64,000 nucleotides of DNA from the NCBI RefSeq assembly GCF_009914755.1, contig NC_060925.1, one strand, 5' to 3'. Made by a program: the position numbers and the translations under genes. The stretch is from the human T2T-CHM13v2.0 reference genome, Homo sapiens. The notes below the pieces were generated by a model, which did not search any database, was not told the origin of the DNA, and saw only the letters and a list, made by a program, of their open reading frames with translations. The stretch's first letter is position 1, and every line of letters begins with the position of its first letter. This document shows, in pieces, positions 1 through 13,964 of the stretch.

Positions 1-45
1 GAGCAAGACTCTATTTCAAAAAATTAATTAATTAAAATAAAAAAA
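1..45 (+). mobile_element. 3' end and A-tail of an Alu (rest lies upstream of the window)
   Basis: GAGCAAGACTCTATTTCAAAAAA resembles the Alu 3' terminus GAGCAAGACTCCGTCTC-polyA. Confidence 0.75.
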
Positions 46-49
46 TTGA

Positions 50-1200
50 ATTTCTAATGTTAAGTCACCTTTTTATTCTTGGAATAATCTAATTTGAGCA
101 TATTCTATTATCTGTTTTATGTATCATTGACTGCTAATATTTCATTTACAATTTCCTATCTAATAAAAGAAATTTTCCTCTATTCTTATAGAAATGTCAA
201 GTTTGATCTTGCTTTACTGTCCTCATAAGACAAGTCATGTGAAAGAGTTTTAGAAATATTGGGATTTTTAAAATAATTGATCAAATTTACTGCTAATGTC
301 CTATGAATCTTTAGTTTCATGGGAAGATATTAAATTACATATTCAGTGTTTCTAATATTTATAGCAATACTAGGTTTAGTTTTCCATTGCTTAATTATGG
401 TAAATGTGGTTTTCTGAAAATTTATTTAAATTATAAAAATAATCTACATAAAGTCTATTATTGGATGATTTTAAAATTACTATAATATCTTCAGTAATGT
501 CCCCCTCTGAATATTAACATGGCTATTTATGCTTACTTGCATTTTGTCTTGATCAGAAATGGTAGAAAGTTATCAATTTTTTTGAATAGTCAAATTTGTT
601 TTATTAATTTCTTCAATTTTATTTTTCTATTCTAATAAATTCTTATTTCACTTTTAAAAACTTTCTACTTCCTGATGAATTTAACTTCCATTTGTTTTTC
701 AGCTTCTTGACGTAATGCTTAGTGAATTAATTTTCACATTTTTACCTACCCTAAAATAAATGCTTTAAAGACTAATTTCCCACCAAGCATGATTTTAACT
801 GCATTCCATAAGGTTAACTTTTATATTTCAATATTTATTTAATTCAAAATATTTTCAGATTTTCATAGTGATTTCTTTGATCCTTTGGTTACTTAGAAAT
901 TTCTGCTTGGCTTTTAAATACATTCATGGTCTGTGTTTTGGTTTGTAACTTGGTTCTATTACAGACAGAGATTGTACTTTGGATGTTTTCAATCTTTAGA
1001 AATTTGTTGTAGACACTTGCTCTAGGCAATTCCTGAGTTTTGTTTGTTTATTTGTTTGTTTGGTAAATACTCAATATGCACTTTAAATATATACCTAACA
1101 AAAATATTGTATTGAGGTTATTTTTAGTGTTAAAATAGTTATAGTTTGTATTATTTTCTTTATCAATGATTTCTCTATAAATTACTTAAGAATTATTATA
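50..1200 (-). mobile_element. Highly degraded ancient L1 (L1M-type) ORF2 fragments
   Basis: T-rich antisense L1-like phrases (e.g. 'ttttaactgcattccataag', 'gatttctttgatcctttgg', 'tttagaaatttgttg'); boundaries approximate. Confidence 0.45.
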
Positions 1201-1590
1201 AAAATTTCCATTTTATTGTAGATTCTTCTTTTTCTTATAATTATTTTTTTTTTACATGATGTATAAGGGAAAGTGATCTCGGTCTATGGGAATATTGTAG
1301 ATTGCCAAGTGCTACAAAAAGGTATGCAATGGATTTATAAGACCCTTTCCAATTTGCCCACAAATGAATAACTTGAAATAGTTATTACTGCCAATTATCT
1401 ATTTTAACCATATCGATGCTTGTCAAAATATACATGAGGAAATGTCTTTAAAAGCACTTATTTTTTAAAACAAATATTTAAATTTGATTTTCTTTAAATG
1501 TCAAATATTTCCTTTAAATTTTCTTTAAGTGCTTCTTTAAATATTCTTTTGAAGTTGAATATTTATTTATTTTTTATTAGCTTTGTAGAT

Positions 1591-2082
1591 TTTGTTTTTA
1601 ATTGACATAATAATTGTATATGTTTGTGGGTACAGTATGATATTTTTATACATATATGTATTGTGTAATGATCAAGTCAGCATAAAGAGCATATCTATCC
1701 TGTCAAACACTTGTCATTTATTTGTGGTAAGAACATACAAAATCTTCCCTTCTATCTATTTTTAAATGTACAACACATTATTGCTAACTATCATCACTCT
1801 ACCTTACAATAGAACACCAGAGGTTATTTCACTCATCTGACTGTAAATTTCTACATGTTGACCAAATTCTTAACAATCCCCTTCCCTCCTCCCCTCCCCA
1901 GCTTCTGGTAACAACTATTCTACTCTCTACTTCTATGAGGTCAACCTTTGTAGATTCCAAATAGAAGTGAGACCATATGGTATTTTTCCCTATTATACTT
2001 GGCTTATTTAACTTAACAATGTCCTCTAGGTTTATCTGTATTGTCACAAATGGCATAATTTTATTGTTTTTATGGCTGAATA
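1591..2082 (-). mobile_element. L1MA-type 3' end (3'UTR and ORF2 C-terminus), non-inverted part of a twin-primed insertion
   Basis: 'ttttaattgacataataattgtatatgtttgtgggtacag...' is the antisense L1MA 3' terminus; ORF 1829-2056 shows typical L1M tail translation (VESRIVVTRSWG). Confidence 0.85.
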
Positions 2083-2858
2083 AATGCTTCCTGACATTGG
2101 TCTGGGCAAGGATTTTTTAAATAATATCTCAAAACACAGGAAACAAAAGCAAAAATGGATAAATGGGATTATATCAAACTAAAAAGCTTCTACACAGGAA
2201 AGGAAACAATCAACAGAGTGAACAGACAACCTATAAAATGGGAGAAAATGTTTGCAAACTATAGTTCTGATGAGTTGACATCCAGAATATATAAGAAACT
2301 CAAATAACTCAGTTGCAGAAAAAAAACAATAAATAATCCATTAAAAATGGGCAAAATATCTGAATAGACATTTCTTAAATGAAGACAGATAAATTGCCAA
2401 GAGTTATGTGAAAAAAAATGCTCAACATCACTAGTCATCAGAAAAATGCAAACCAAAACTACTATTGGATATCATTTCATTCTCATTAAAATGGCTATTA
2501 TCAAAAAGACAAAAACAAAACAACAAATTCTGTCTAGGATGTGGAGGAAAGGGAACTCATACATTGTTGATGGGAATGTAAATTAGCACAGCCATCATGG
2601 ACAACAGTGTGGAGGTTCCTAAAAAATTTAAAAATAGAACTACCATATGATCCAACAATTCTACTACTGAGTGTATATCCAAAGGGAATGAATGAAATCG
2701 GTTGTTAAAGAGATTTCTGCACTCACATGTTTATTGAAGCACTATTCACAATAGCCAAGATATGGAATCAACTGAAGTGTTCATCAAGAAATAAGTGGAA
2801 AAAATATGATATATTTATACAATGGAATACTATATAGTGATACAAAAGAATGAATTTT
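2083..2858 (+). mobile_element. L1MA ORF2 3' region, inverted segment of the same insertion
   Basis: Sense L1 ORF2 motifs 'aaatgggattatatcaaactaaaaagcttc', 'gaactaccatatgatccaacaattctactactg', ending 'aatggaatactat'. Confidence 0.85.
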
Positions 2859-3464
2859 AAATTATTTTTAAGTGTAATTTTACGTTATTGGCTGTAGCGT
2901 CAACTTTAGTGATAAGCTATTACAGCACATTTATTCAGTTATCACACTAAATAGTGACTCCTTACAGACTCATCACAATATTGTAGAATTGCTTCTTTTT
3001 GCAAATATAGGAAATATGCCAACTAAATAATTGTATACATGTTTATATTTTCTTCTGTATATTTCTTGAATTACTTTCTTCATAAACTAATTCATTCCAA
3101 CATTTGGATTTTTTTAATAATTAAATTTTTCTCCAAGCTTATTTTATTTAATGGTGCCACCTTAATTCTTTATTTATTAAATGCTTAAATGTAAGCATAA
3201 ATATAAAGCAAAGGCCAAATAAATTCAAATGCTGATTAGAGGCTGTAAATCTTGTTAAAGTTTAATTTTGGAGATCACATAATACTTTGATGTGGGCACA
3301 GATAAATATATTTGGTAATTAAATATGCGTACTTGAATTTTATACTGTTTTAATCTTGGATTAATTTTAATTAAAAATTCAAAAATGTAACATTCAGTTG
3401 GAACTTTTATATTTTTCAAAACAATTTTACAAATAATTATACATATGATTGAGGGGATAAGGTT

Positions 3465-3680
3465 TGGAATTAGACCATTCAGATTAGAATCCTCGCTCAG
3501 ACAAATTAGCTGTAAGATATTGGGCAAATTGCTTAACTCCTATGTAGTTAGTTTTCTTTATCTGCATAATAGAAATAGGAATAGTAAATACCTGTTAAAC
3601 TGATTTTTAGAAATTATTAGAAAAGGCTATTCGAAGTTGTAAGTTTCTAGTACATAATAAGGGTTAGATAATAGCTCATT
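3465..3680 (+). mobile_element. MIR SINE remnant
   Basis: Core 'tagctgtaagatattgggcaaattgcttaactcc...gttttctttatctgcataatagaaatagg'. Confidence 0.65.
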
Positions 3681-4764
3681 CTTATTAAATTATTGCCTCA
3701 CAATAAGCCTGGGTTTAATATTCTTAGGTCCTTTTGTATAAAGCAACAATCAAAACAAAACCATGAGGCCTACAGAATTCATTAATTTGTAGAATATCAG
3801 AGAAATGCTTATTCAAGGTCTGATAATCTGATAATATTACTTCAGATTTCAAGCATTTTTCACCAGACTATAATCCTTGTATTGTTTAACTTGAGGAAAG
3901 GAACCATAGGAATTTCGTGAAATTCAGCAAATATATTGTATCTCTGTTTTCCAGTTTTAGCATAACTTTGTATATATAAGAGCATATGAAATCATAGTCA
4001 AAATCATCTCAAAATCTCAGATAAGTATACTAATTAATTGTCATCTGCATGGTATATTAGATTGCTGATTTTTCTTTCCTCTTTATTAGATAGATAGATG
4101 ATAGACATATAAAGATATCATATAAATATATATAATATATATTCACATCCAATCTCCATAACATATAACATTTTTTATGTTCTTTTATTTATTAATTTAC
4201 TAATTACTTTGACTTGCTAATGATTATCAGTAAATATCAAATAAAATTTTCCCTGTCTCTTGTATCTTAGCATTCTGTACAATTTTAAGCAACATTTTTT
4301 AAAATTATGTTTAAGAACATAGAAATACATGCACTAATAATTTCATTTTGTAATTCAAAATATTTTGTGCTATTTGAAGATAGCAATGCTAGCTGTAATA
4401 AATAGCAAGATGATAAATATCATGACTAAGTCAAAATAAGGCTGTTGTACCACAAATCCTTCCTTTTTGTTCCTCTTCTTTCTATTTTTGTTCCATTAGT
4501 GATCTTTTATCTTCTTTAAGCTGTATCCATCATCTCTGTGGAGACAACTACAAAAGCAATAAATTTAAGCTTGATATTTTATATTCTTGACTCATATTTC
4601 CACATTTTTTCCTATACCTTCTCTTAGAACTTTATCAACCAACTAAAACTCACTCTACATTGTTGAATATATTATTTCCCCCACAAAACTTGTTTTCTAC
4701 TTTTTTCCATGATTCCAACATTTTTTTCAAGTGACTCTGAGTCTGAAAATAAATATCACATCAG

Positions 4765-4955
4765 TTATTGAATACCTGAAGTGTGTTACGTATTATCTTA
4801 CATTATTTATATATAAAAATAATTTCAGATATGATTGATTATTATCTCAATTTTATATATGAACAATGAGGAGGTTATGGAACTTGCAAAAGGTCGTGCA
4901 GCTGTACGTTGTGCACCCAGGTTCTAAATTTCGGCAATCTTGCTGCAAAGGCCAC
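4765..4955 (-). mobile_element. MIR SINE remnant
   Basis: 'attatctcaattttatatatgaacaatgaggaggtt...aacttgcaaaaggtcgtgcagct' resembles the antisense MIR core. Confidence 0.55.
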
Positions 4956-5129
4956 TATGCAATATTAACTTAGTATAATATCCAGAGTCATTTTTTTACT
5001 CTTTCAATTTTTTATGATTAAAAAAATCAAAGTGGTAACTAAGACCTATTTCTTCTGTCCTTAGAGGATAATAAGAAATCGAAGGAGTAACAAATAACCC
5101 TGGATTTTATGCTAAGGTGATGTTGGATA

Positions 5130-5322
5130 GTGGCCTCTGGGGAAAAATTGCCTGAGTCTAGTTACTGTACGCACAACTTATAGTTCCGTAACTTTATGCA
5201 AGTTCCATCGCTTCTTCATCACTTGTTTGCAAAATGGAAATAAAAACAACCCTATCTAAATGTGACTTGCATGTAAAGAATGTAGGGTCATATCTGACAC
5301 ATTTCTGATGCTCAATAAATAT
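5130..5322 (+). mobile_element. MIR SINE remnant
   Basis: 'tttgcaaaatggaaataaaaacaacc...tctgacac...gctcaataaat'. Confidence 0.5.
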
Positions 5323-8300
5323 ATATATTTTTTCCATTCATTTCCACTTTTCTCTTTCCGCAGCTATGGTTAACTGCTATTAATTATAACCTATTACTGT
5401 GTTTTACTACTCGCTTACTCAGTTTTTCTGACTATACCATGTTTATGCCAACTTCCCAAGCACCACCAGAGACTCTAAAAAATTAGATTAATTTTAATAA
5501 TAAATCCCTCAATTGATTCTCTTTCCCAATAAAATTGTTTAAATGCAGACAGTTTACCGATTGAGGCTATGTTTTATTAACGTAAAATTAACGACTCTAT
5601 CAACTTCTCTAACTTTATTTCACTGTGTTCTCCTTTTAGGCAAAAACAAACAATAACAGGAACAAAAATAAATTATATCATTGTCTTTAGCAACAATTAC
5701 TGTTGTTTATGGACTAGAACAATGGTTACAAAAGATCAATAGTAAGAAAAAAGACATTAAAACAACAAAAGCAAAATAATCATAAAGGGAGGGAATAGCT
5801 CCAAAGTCTGAAAGGCTTGGTTGTATTCTAAGAGCTTGTTAACATACCAAAAACAAATGTAATCAAAACAAATGTGAATTAATTAACTATACAATCAGAG
5901 AACAAGAGGGGGCACAACAAAATAAAGAATTTAACCAAAACACCTGTGGGAATTCTCCACACAGTATCCAGGGAAGAAAAGCCTTTGACCAATAGGTTAG
6001 ATATTATGGTTCCACAGGCAAGGCACTCCTCAATTCAATGTTGTGTATAAAGGGTTTGAATACAATACATGTGAATGTTATAATCATTAATGGGATATGG
6101 GTACATCAGGCTGAATTAGTCTATTAATGATAAATATTTGAATAGAATAATTATGGTTTTCTAATTGAACATATTTACAATGGGTTCTTCAGATTATGAT
6201 AAAATATTTCAGAGATTCCTAAAGGCAAATAACCAACAATGTAGAACAAATTATTTTGCATATTGTTTGAGTTATATATTTAATTGAAATTAATAATTTA
6301 GCTTTATGATTTTATATAGTAGCTTTAGGAAATTGAATAATGCTAAAATGTCCTTTATATATGAAATTCAGTACTGATTTGCCAGAAATTGGAGCAAGTT
6401 TTTTCTGAGCCTATAGGCATGAGGACCAGATTTTTCTGCAACATACATTTAACAAAGTTATTACTGCCATTTATGTATTTTAGGATTCTTAGTTGAAAGG
6501 AAAATTAATCAACACTTGCTAATTTGGGTAAAAAAACTCTTAATTCAAATGATATTGATTGAGTTATAGAATCATCAGAACTTCTCCAAAGCCAGGAAAA
6601 TAACGCCTTAACTCCCACCATAAGTCCAAAGAGGATAGTACTTTCACTTTGGCTATACACACAGATAAGTTGGCAACACAGATTTCTCTATTACTGGCCC
6701 ATTGAACACTGTTAGAATAGGTAACTACCATAAATAATTGAGTAACTAGTTAATGTATATGAAATATTAGTATTCCAATATAGAGCAATAGGCACCACAG
6801 GACTGTGATCCTTCAGAGAAAGAAAAAAAAATGGAGGTATTACATTATAAAATTTATTCAGCTTATTAATAGAGGTACTTTCTAGACCATAGTGAAAAAG
6901 AGAGAACTCAAAAACAGTTTACACAGGTCTGGGAAGAGTTTGCATTGCCAAAATATAGCAAGGAGCAGATAGTATACAACTCAGATGTGGTATATATTTG
7001 TACTACATCAGAGCAAAGTTCAGGAAAAAATACACTTATCAAGCAGCAATGAACCAGAACAGCAACTCCAACATAGGAAAATATAAAGAGAATGAAAACA
7101 GTGGTAAGCAAGGAATCACATCTGGGGATTTTTTTTATTACCGTACTCAGTGATCTTTGTAGTGTCAATTTTCTAATTTAAAGTAGGTTAGGCATCCCAT
7201 AAGACAATTACACACCTCTGATCTGAAACAAGTATAATATGATAGGCAGGCAAGAAGAAAAACATTCTGGGATTAATCAGAAATGAAAACATTGTGAAAA
7301 CAATATCACAAAAATAGAAGAGCTCACAGAGTTTTCAGAAAACATCAAGTTGAATATTTACAACAGTTGAACTGAGTCAGCCATCAAAGAAAATAATGTG
7401 ATAATTAAGTCAAGGAGAAACAAAATTGAAGGCCCTAGATAACCAAGAGCAAGCTGGGTAAGAAGCAGAGGGATAAAGAGGTGCTTTCAGAGCTGCATGT
7501 ACACTGGCTACCTACCTTCTACATTTAACTCTAGAATGTTGCATCACATTTTATAGCCTCATCTATGCTGATCACAAAAATGTCTACTTGACCAATTTGT
7601 TAAAGGAAAAGTCTTTAATAGATCTTTTTCTACATTTTCCCCCTCCCAATATGTATTTTTCTGCACTCTGGTGGCATCTAAGATGATAGATGACTGCTCC
7701 TACTTCTTTCCCCAACTGCCCCTTCAAAACACCCACACACATAGACACACAGATGATCACATCAGAGTTGATTGATTTTTTGTCTTCTAGGTACATATAG
7801 AACAATGTATAAAATATTTCTCTTGATAAAAATGGACGTATACAATTTATCAGATTGTCCTGCCTTTTCTTGTCAAGTGCATCCACATGTCCTACGCAGT
7901 AGCAAATCTGAAATATGCACACTACTCAAATGCATTGAGCTCTTTTTCTCTCTTTTCTTTTGCTCATGCTATTCTTTTAACTTAGAATTTTCTCTCTCTT
8001 ATATCAATCTATCTATTTATGTTAAACTTCAATTCATTTTGAATAAACTAGCCCAAGTGTTGTTCCTCTGCCAGATTTATCTACTAGTCTGAGTTATTCA
8101 TGGCATTTTACATAATTATGTTAATAATTGTATACATCAATATAACATTTTGTTATAATAATTTGATTGCAATCTTACAAATTGTGCATCTCAGGATTAG
8201 AAAACAAATTGTATTTATCTTTGTATATCCAGATTACAGCATGATAAGTGATATCTATTAGTTACTCAGTAAAAAAAATTTACAGAGTAAATTAAAAAAC

Positions 8301-11300
8301 TAAAAGAATCATTGCACTTTTATATTTTATTAACTTAATTGTATTGCTTATAGCAGTGGCATTAAAGTTTATTTTGTTTAGCTTTTTGTTTGTTTTACTG
8401 ATAAAGGATTACTCCTGTAGCAGGCTTCGTTTAAGATAATTTCCTAAAAGTAGTAGTTAAGAAGAAATCTAATTACAGTTGTCATTTGTAATTATACTAT
8501 TCTGATATATTTGTCATATTTTAATAAATAAAAACATCCCTAATAATTAAAATACTAATTCTAATTAAAATACAAAGTTTTTAGGATGAGTAGATTAATA
8601 GTTTTGACATTTCAGACTGAATTTTAATGCAGGCTCTATAATTTCATATACAAACCTTCTGTATGAAAATATAATTTACATGTGTAAATTAAATGGAATA
8701 GTTAGATTTCTTACTAAATTGTTTGCATGCATACTTTTGAAAGTCATTTCGAGTTTATACAAATTGGCCCCTTTAAAAAGTTGCTACAATTTTTAAAACA
8801 TTAAAACTGGGTTCTCCTTAACACAGAGAAAAAAACTAATCTCTGAGAAAGCTTTACCAGCTGATATCTTGATAGCCAAACAACCAGCAACTTAAAAAAT
8901 ATATTAAACAAACTGCTTTAATATCAACTTTTTTAATCTGAAATGAACAACTGAGCAAGAAATGAATATTGAATAAGGTATAAACTTTTTCAATAGCTGA
9001 GAAAACAAAACAAAGAAAAATTCTACCTTTCATATTTTTACTTGCAATTATATGGGTAATAGTGCAGTTAAAATTCACCCAAGGTACAGAAATTCAATAA
9101 AGCCATATAAGATCACAAAGAGGTTTCTAGTGAAAGATAGAACTTGACATTGCCTTATCACTGACCTGTGATGAACATGAGAATTCACATGACATTGATA
9201 GCATGGTTGGGTTAACTCATCTGCTTTCTGAAATCAGACAATTAAGGACTCAGTCAGCTTTGAGCAGCAAGGTCACTTTCATGATCGATGACTCAAGAAA
9301 CACTTCTTAAGGAGAAATAGCATTTATAACCCAATCGTCTTCTTCATTGGTATACAGCCCACTTTTCTCCTGCGTGGTTTGTTGATTGCTTTTTAAAGAA
9401 ACTAAAGTAAGCCTACAAACTACCCTCTCAAGGTAAGGCAAAGAGAAGTTTAGAAATCAATGACATGAATTTTACTTCCTCCAAAATTGTTTTTGTCATC
9501 ACGTTATCCTTTAGGTAAATTCTTCTCACTGACAGTTTTTTAAACTGAAATGCTTAATTTGGTATTCTGTATCACATTTCAACTCAAATGCATGTGCTAT
9601 TTTGTTGAAGTTTAAATACTATTACAGAGAGTGTTTTGTAATTTAGTAAACAGCCTTTCATCAGTAATAATTTGGTATTTTCCAACAACAATATTTTATT
9701 TTCAAAGTCATAATTCTATGTCAAAATTCTCATTTTTTTGATTCAATGAAAAATAAAATTACATTTAATATAGACTTATTTTAATGGTAATTTATTATAT
9801 TTTATCTCTTTAAGCATTCTTTAATCATAAATGATATTCTTTAAAAATTATCTACTCTACAGTTTGTTTGATTTGACTGGCCCATCCCTGACCACGAGAT
9901 AAAAATGAAAATACTTTATCAATTTAAAATATTCTGTTAATTTAATATTTATTGTGGTTGCTTCAGTCCCTCTATTTAAATTTAAAATAAATAATAGAAT
10001 GTTTCCTTACAAAGAACTTTCACTTATTAATTACTTTACAATTAATGTATGTATTTTAATATTGCTTATATCTATTCTAATATTTGTACAATTATTATTG
10101 ATTATGAGAAATAACATACTGTTACTTCTTTGGATTAGTAGATCAACTCATATCCTTAAAGTAAATCTTTATAAAGAAAAAACTATTGTATTTATACATG
10201 ATTTGCCATTTTCCCCCAAATCTAACATTATTAAACATCTCTAAGCAATAATAAGTCTAGCTGTGGCAAACGTTCACAACTGGTTAGATTAAAAAAATAG
10301 ATAATCATTTGGGTCAGACAGTTTGGGGATTTTAGGAAGGCACATGTACAAGATGTTAGAATGAGGCTTTTTATGTGTCAGTTTGTGATAATGTAGGAGC
10401 TATTAAGTATAAAACATCAATGTGAATTTTTTTCTATTTGGAAGTTTAGTGCTAGACTGCTTTGACAAAACTTGGTTATAAAGTGACAAAAACTGATTCA
10501 ACACAAGCCTAAAACAAGAAGCTTCAAGGGAGAGAGTTACTTGTGTCACCTGGAGTCAGTGGTACACTTAGGCTGTTGCCAGGCCAATATGGTAGAAAGT
10601 TTAAAAGAAAGAAACTATTGCTGGCCAGCTGGCTAAAGAGCACCAAGGAAAGGTAGCTGTGTTGAGAATGGTCTGCTTCCAGAATTGTAAGGGGCAAAGC
10701 AGTTACATACATAAATATAGTGTTTCAAAGGCCAAGTGGTTGCTGAGTAACATAGCCAAAGTTGGACCAACCTCAGCCTTCTGGGGTAAGGGGAACCCAG
10801 GAATCAGAGGCTGTGGCATACACTGTTTAGGGGAATAAGAGTGGATGTCTCTAAAGAGGAGCAAGAGAGTATATTATCTGAATTGGTTAACTTTACTGTA
10901 TCAAGGTCACCATAGGGGACCTTGAAATTACAAACACACCACAAGAGTTGTGAACATTATGAATCCCAGTAAGCACCAATCTTAGAAAACAAATTCACCA
11001 GTCAAATAAGACTTTGGTAAGATCTTCCCTCACCCCTATTTTATTTTATTTTTTTGAGTTTCTGATTCCTTCTCTTCCCCAGCTCCAGAAAAAATCCCTT
11101 TGATACTGGGAAAGTCAGCATTCTCTGCCAACAAACTGAGGAGAAATGAAAAATTGACAGATGGAGAAAAAAGTACAGTAACCGATCATGTCCCCAGATC
11201 ATATTTCTACTCCAGGATTTTTGTAGGAAGTAAATCCAAGGTAGAAGAAGACAGTTCTGACCATGTTCTGTGGTTGAAAGTGTACAAGATACTTTAATTA

Positions 11301-11471
11301 TCCAAGTAAATTTAAAAAAAATGTAAAACTGCTTAGAATTTTAAGGTGTTCTGAATGAAGATAGATGTTCTCTAACAGTTTAGCAATGCCAAATGTTAAA
11401 AGATAAGGTTGTTTTGCATGTTATAATCACATTTTATTGTTTTATTTGTTCAACATAATGGTAAATATATT

Positions 11472-13964
11472 TGTATTAGTTTGTTCTCAAATTGCTACAA
11501 AGAAATAATGGAGACTGTAATTTACGAAGAAAAAAGATTTAATTGGCTCATGGCTCTATGGGCTATACAGGAAGCATGATGCTGGAATCTGCTAAGCTTC
11601 TGGAGAGACTTCAGGAAACTTTTTCTCATGCAAGAAGGTAAAAGGGAAGGCAGCACTTCAGTTGGCTAGAACAGAAAGAAAGGGAGAGGGGGAAGGTGCT
11701 ATATATTTTTAAACAATGACGTCTCATGAGAACTCAATCACTGTTCAGTACCAATGATGAATGATGCTAAACCATTTATGAGAACTCTGACCCCATGATA
11801 CTGTCACCTCCTACCAGGGCCTACCTCCAACACTGGGGAACTACAGTTTGACATAATATTTGGGTGGGGACACTGATCCAAACAATATTATTCTGCCCCG
11901 GCCCCTCCCAAATCTCATGTCCTTCTCACATTGAAAAATCCAATCATGGCTTCCCAATACTCCCCCAAAGTCTTAACTCATTTCAGCATTAACTCAAAAG
12001 TCCAAAGTTCCAAGCCTCATCTGAGACAACTTAAGATCCTTCTGCCTATAAGCCTGTAAAATCAAAATTGAATTTGTTATTTCCAAGATATAATGGGGGT
12101 ATATGGATTTGGTAAATATGCCCATTCCAAAAGGGAGAAATTGGCCAAAAGGAAGAGGTCACAGTCTCCATGTAAGTCTGAAACCCAGCAGGGCATTCAT
12201 TAAATGTTAAAGCTCTAAAATAATCTTCCTGGACTCCATGTCTCACATCCAGGGCACAGTGGTGTGAGGGGTGAGCTCCCAATACCTTGGGCAGCTCTGC
12301 CCCTGTGGCTGCTCTAATGGGCTGGTGTGGAATGCCTATTACTTTCCTAGGCACAGAGTGCGAGCTGCTGGTGTATCTGCCATTCTGGGGTCTGGAGAAT
12401 AGTGGCCCTCTTTTTATAACTCCACTAGGCAGTACCCCAGTGGGATCTCTGCGAAGGGACTCCAACATCTACATTTCCGCTCCCCCGCATATTGCCCTAC
12501 AAGAGATTCTCTGTTAGCACTCTGCCCCTGCAACAGACTTCTGCCTGGACATCCAGGCTTTTCTATACATCCTCTACAGTCTCAGTGGAGGCTCCCAGGC
12601 CTCAATTCTTACACTCTGTGCACTCACCGTCTTAATACCAAGTGAAAGCTGCCAAGGATTATGTCTTGCACCCTCTGAAGCAAGGGCCCCAGGATTATTT
12701 GGGCTGCTTTGAGCCACAACTGGAGCTAGAATGGCTGGGATGCAGGGAACAGTGTCCCCAGGTTTTGCAGGACAGTGGGCCCTGGGCCTGGCCCAGGAAA
12801 TCATTCAGTCCTCTTAGGCCTCTGAGCTTGCGTTGAGAGAGGCTGCTGCAAAGGTCTCTGAAATGCCTAGGAGGCGTTTTTCTCATTGTCTTGGTGGCCA
12901 TTTTCCCATTGTCTTAGCTATCAGCACTTGCCTTCCTTTTAGCTATGCAAATATGTGCAACCTGCTTGAATTTCTCCCCTGAAAATTGGTTTTTCTTTTC
13001 TACAGTGTGGCTAGGCTGAAAATTTTCCAAACATTTGTGTTCTGCTTCCTTTTTAAATATAAGTTGAACTTCAGATCATTTCTTTGTTCACGCATATGAG
13101 CTTTTAGAAGCAGCCAGACCATTTCTTGAATGCTTTGCTGCTTATAGATTTCTTCTGTCAGATACCCTAAATTATCTCTCTCAAGTTGAAAGTTCCACAG
13201 ATCCCTAGGGCAGAGGTACAATGCCTCCAAATTATTTTTTAATGCATTAAAAAGTGACCTCCACTCCAGTTACCAGTAAGTTCCTCATCTCCATCTGAGA
13301 GAAAGCTATCTCCATCTGAATCCAGAAAGCCTGGACTTTTATTGTTTATATCACTATCAGCATTTGAGTCATAACAATTTAACAAGTCTCTAGGAAGTTC
13401 CAAATTTTCCTTTGTCTTCCTTTTTTTTTTTCTTTTGAGCCCTCCACATTCTTCCAACCTCTGCCTGTTACCCAGTTTTAAAGTTACGTCTGCATTTTCA
13501 GGTATCTTCATAACAATCCCTCAATTATTGCTACCAATATTCTACCTTTGTTTGTTCTTAAATTGCTATAAGGAAATATCTGAGACTAGAAAATTTATAA
13601 AGAAAAGAAGTTTCATAGGCTCTTTTCTGTACAGGGAGTATAATGCTGGCATCTTTATAGTTTCGGTGGAGGCCTCAGGAAATTTACAATTATGTTGGAT
13701 AGTGAAGGGATGCCAGCACTTTACATGGCTGGAACAGGAGAAAAATAAAGTGGTGGGGGGGCAGGTAGGATACATTGTGATACATTTTTAAACCAGATAT
13801 TGTGGGAACTCACTCACTATATAGTTCCAATGGGGAATGTTGCTAAACCATTTATGAGAACTCTGACCCCATGTTCCAGTCACCTCCCACTAGGCCCTAT
13901 CTCCAACACTGGGGATTACAATTTGACATATGATTAGGTAGGGACACAGATCCAAGTCATATCA
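11472..13964 (-). mobile_element. Complete MSTA-type MaLR (ERVL-MaLR) provirus: LTR 11472-11890, internal 11891-13542, LTR 13543-13964
   Basis: Two homologous LTRs, TG...CA outer termini, THE1/MST-type internal region, perfect 5-bp TSD ATATT at 11467-11471 and 13965-13969. Confidence 0.92.

Noticed and set aside
9100-9445. Slightly GC-richer unique stretch ending in donor-like AAG|GTAAGG
   Set aside because: Could be a lncRNA exon but cannot be supported without transcript or conservation data
12046-13791. Cluster of 64-140 aa ORFs
   Set aside because: Fragments of the decayed MSTA internal region and LTR; no continuous frame
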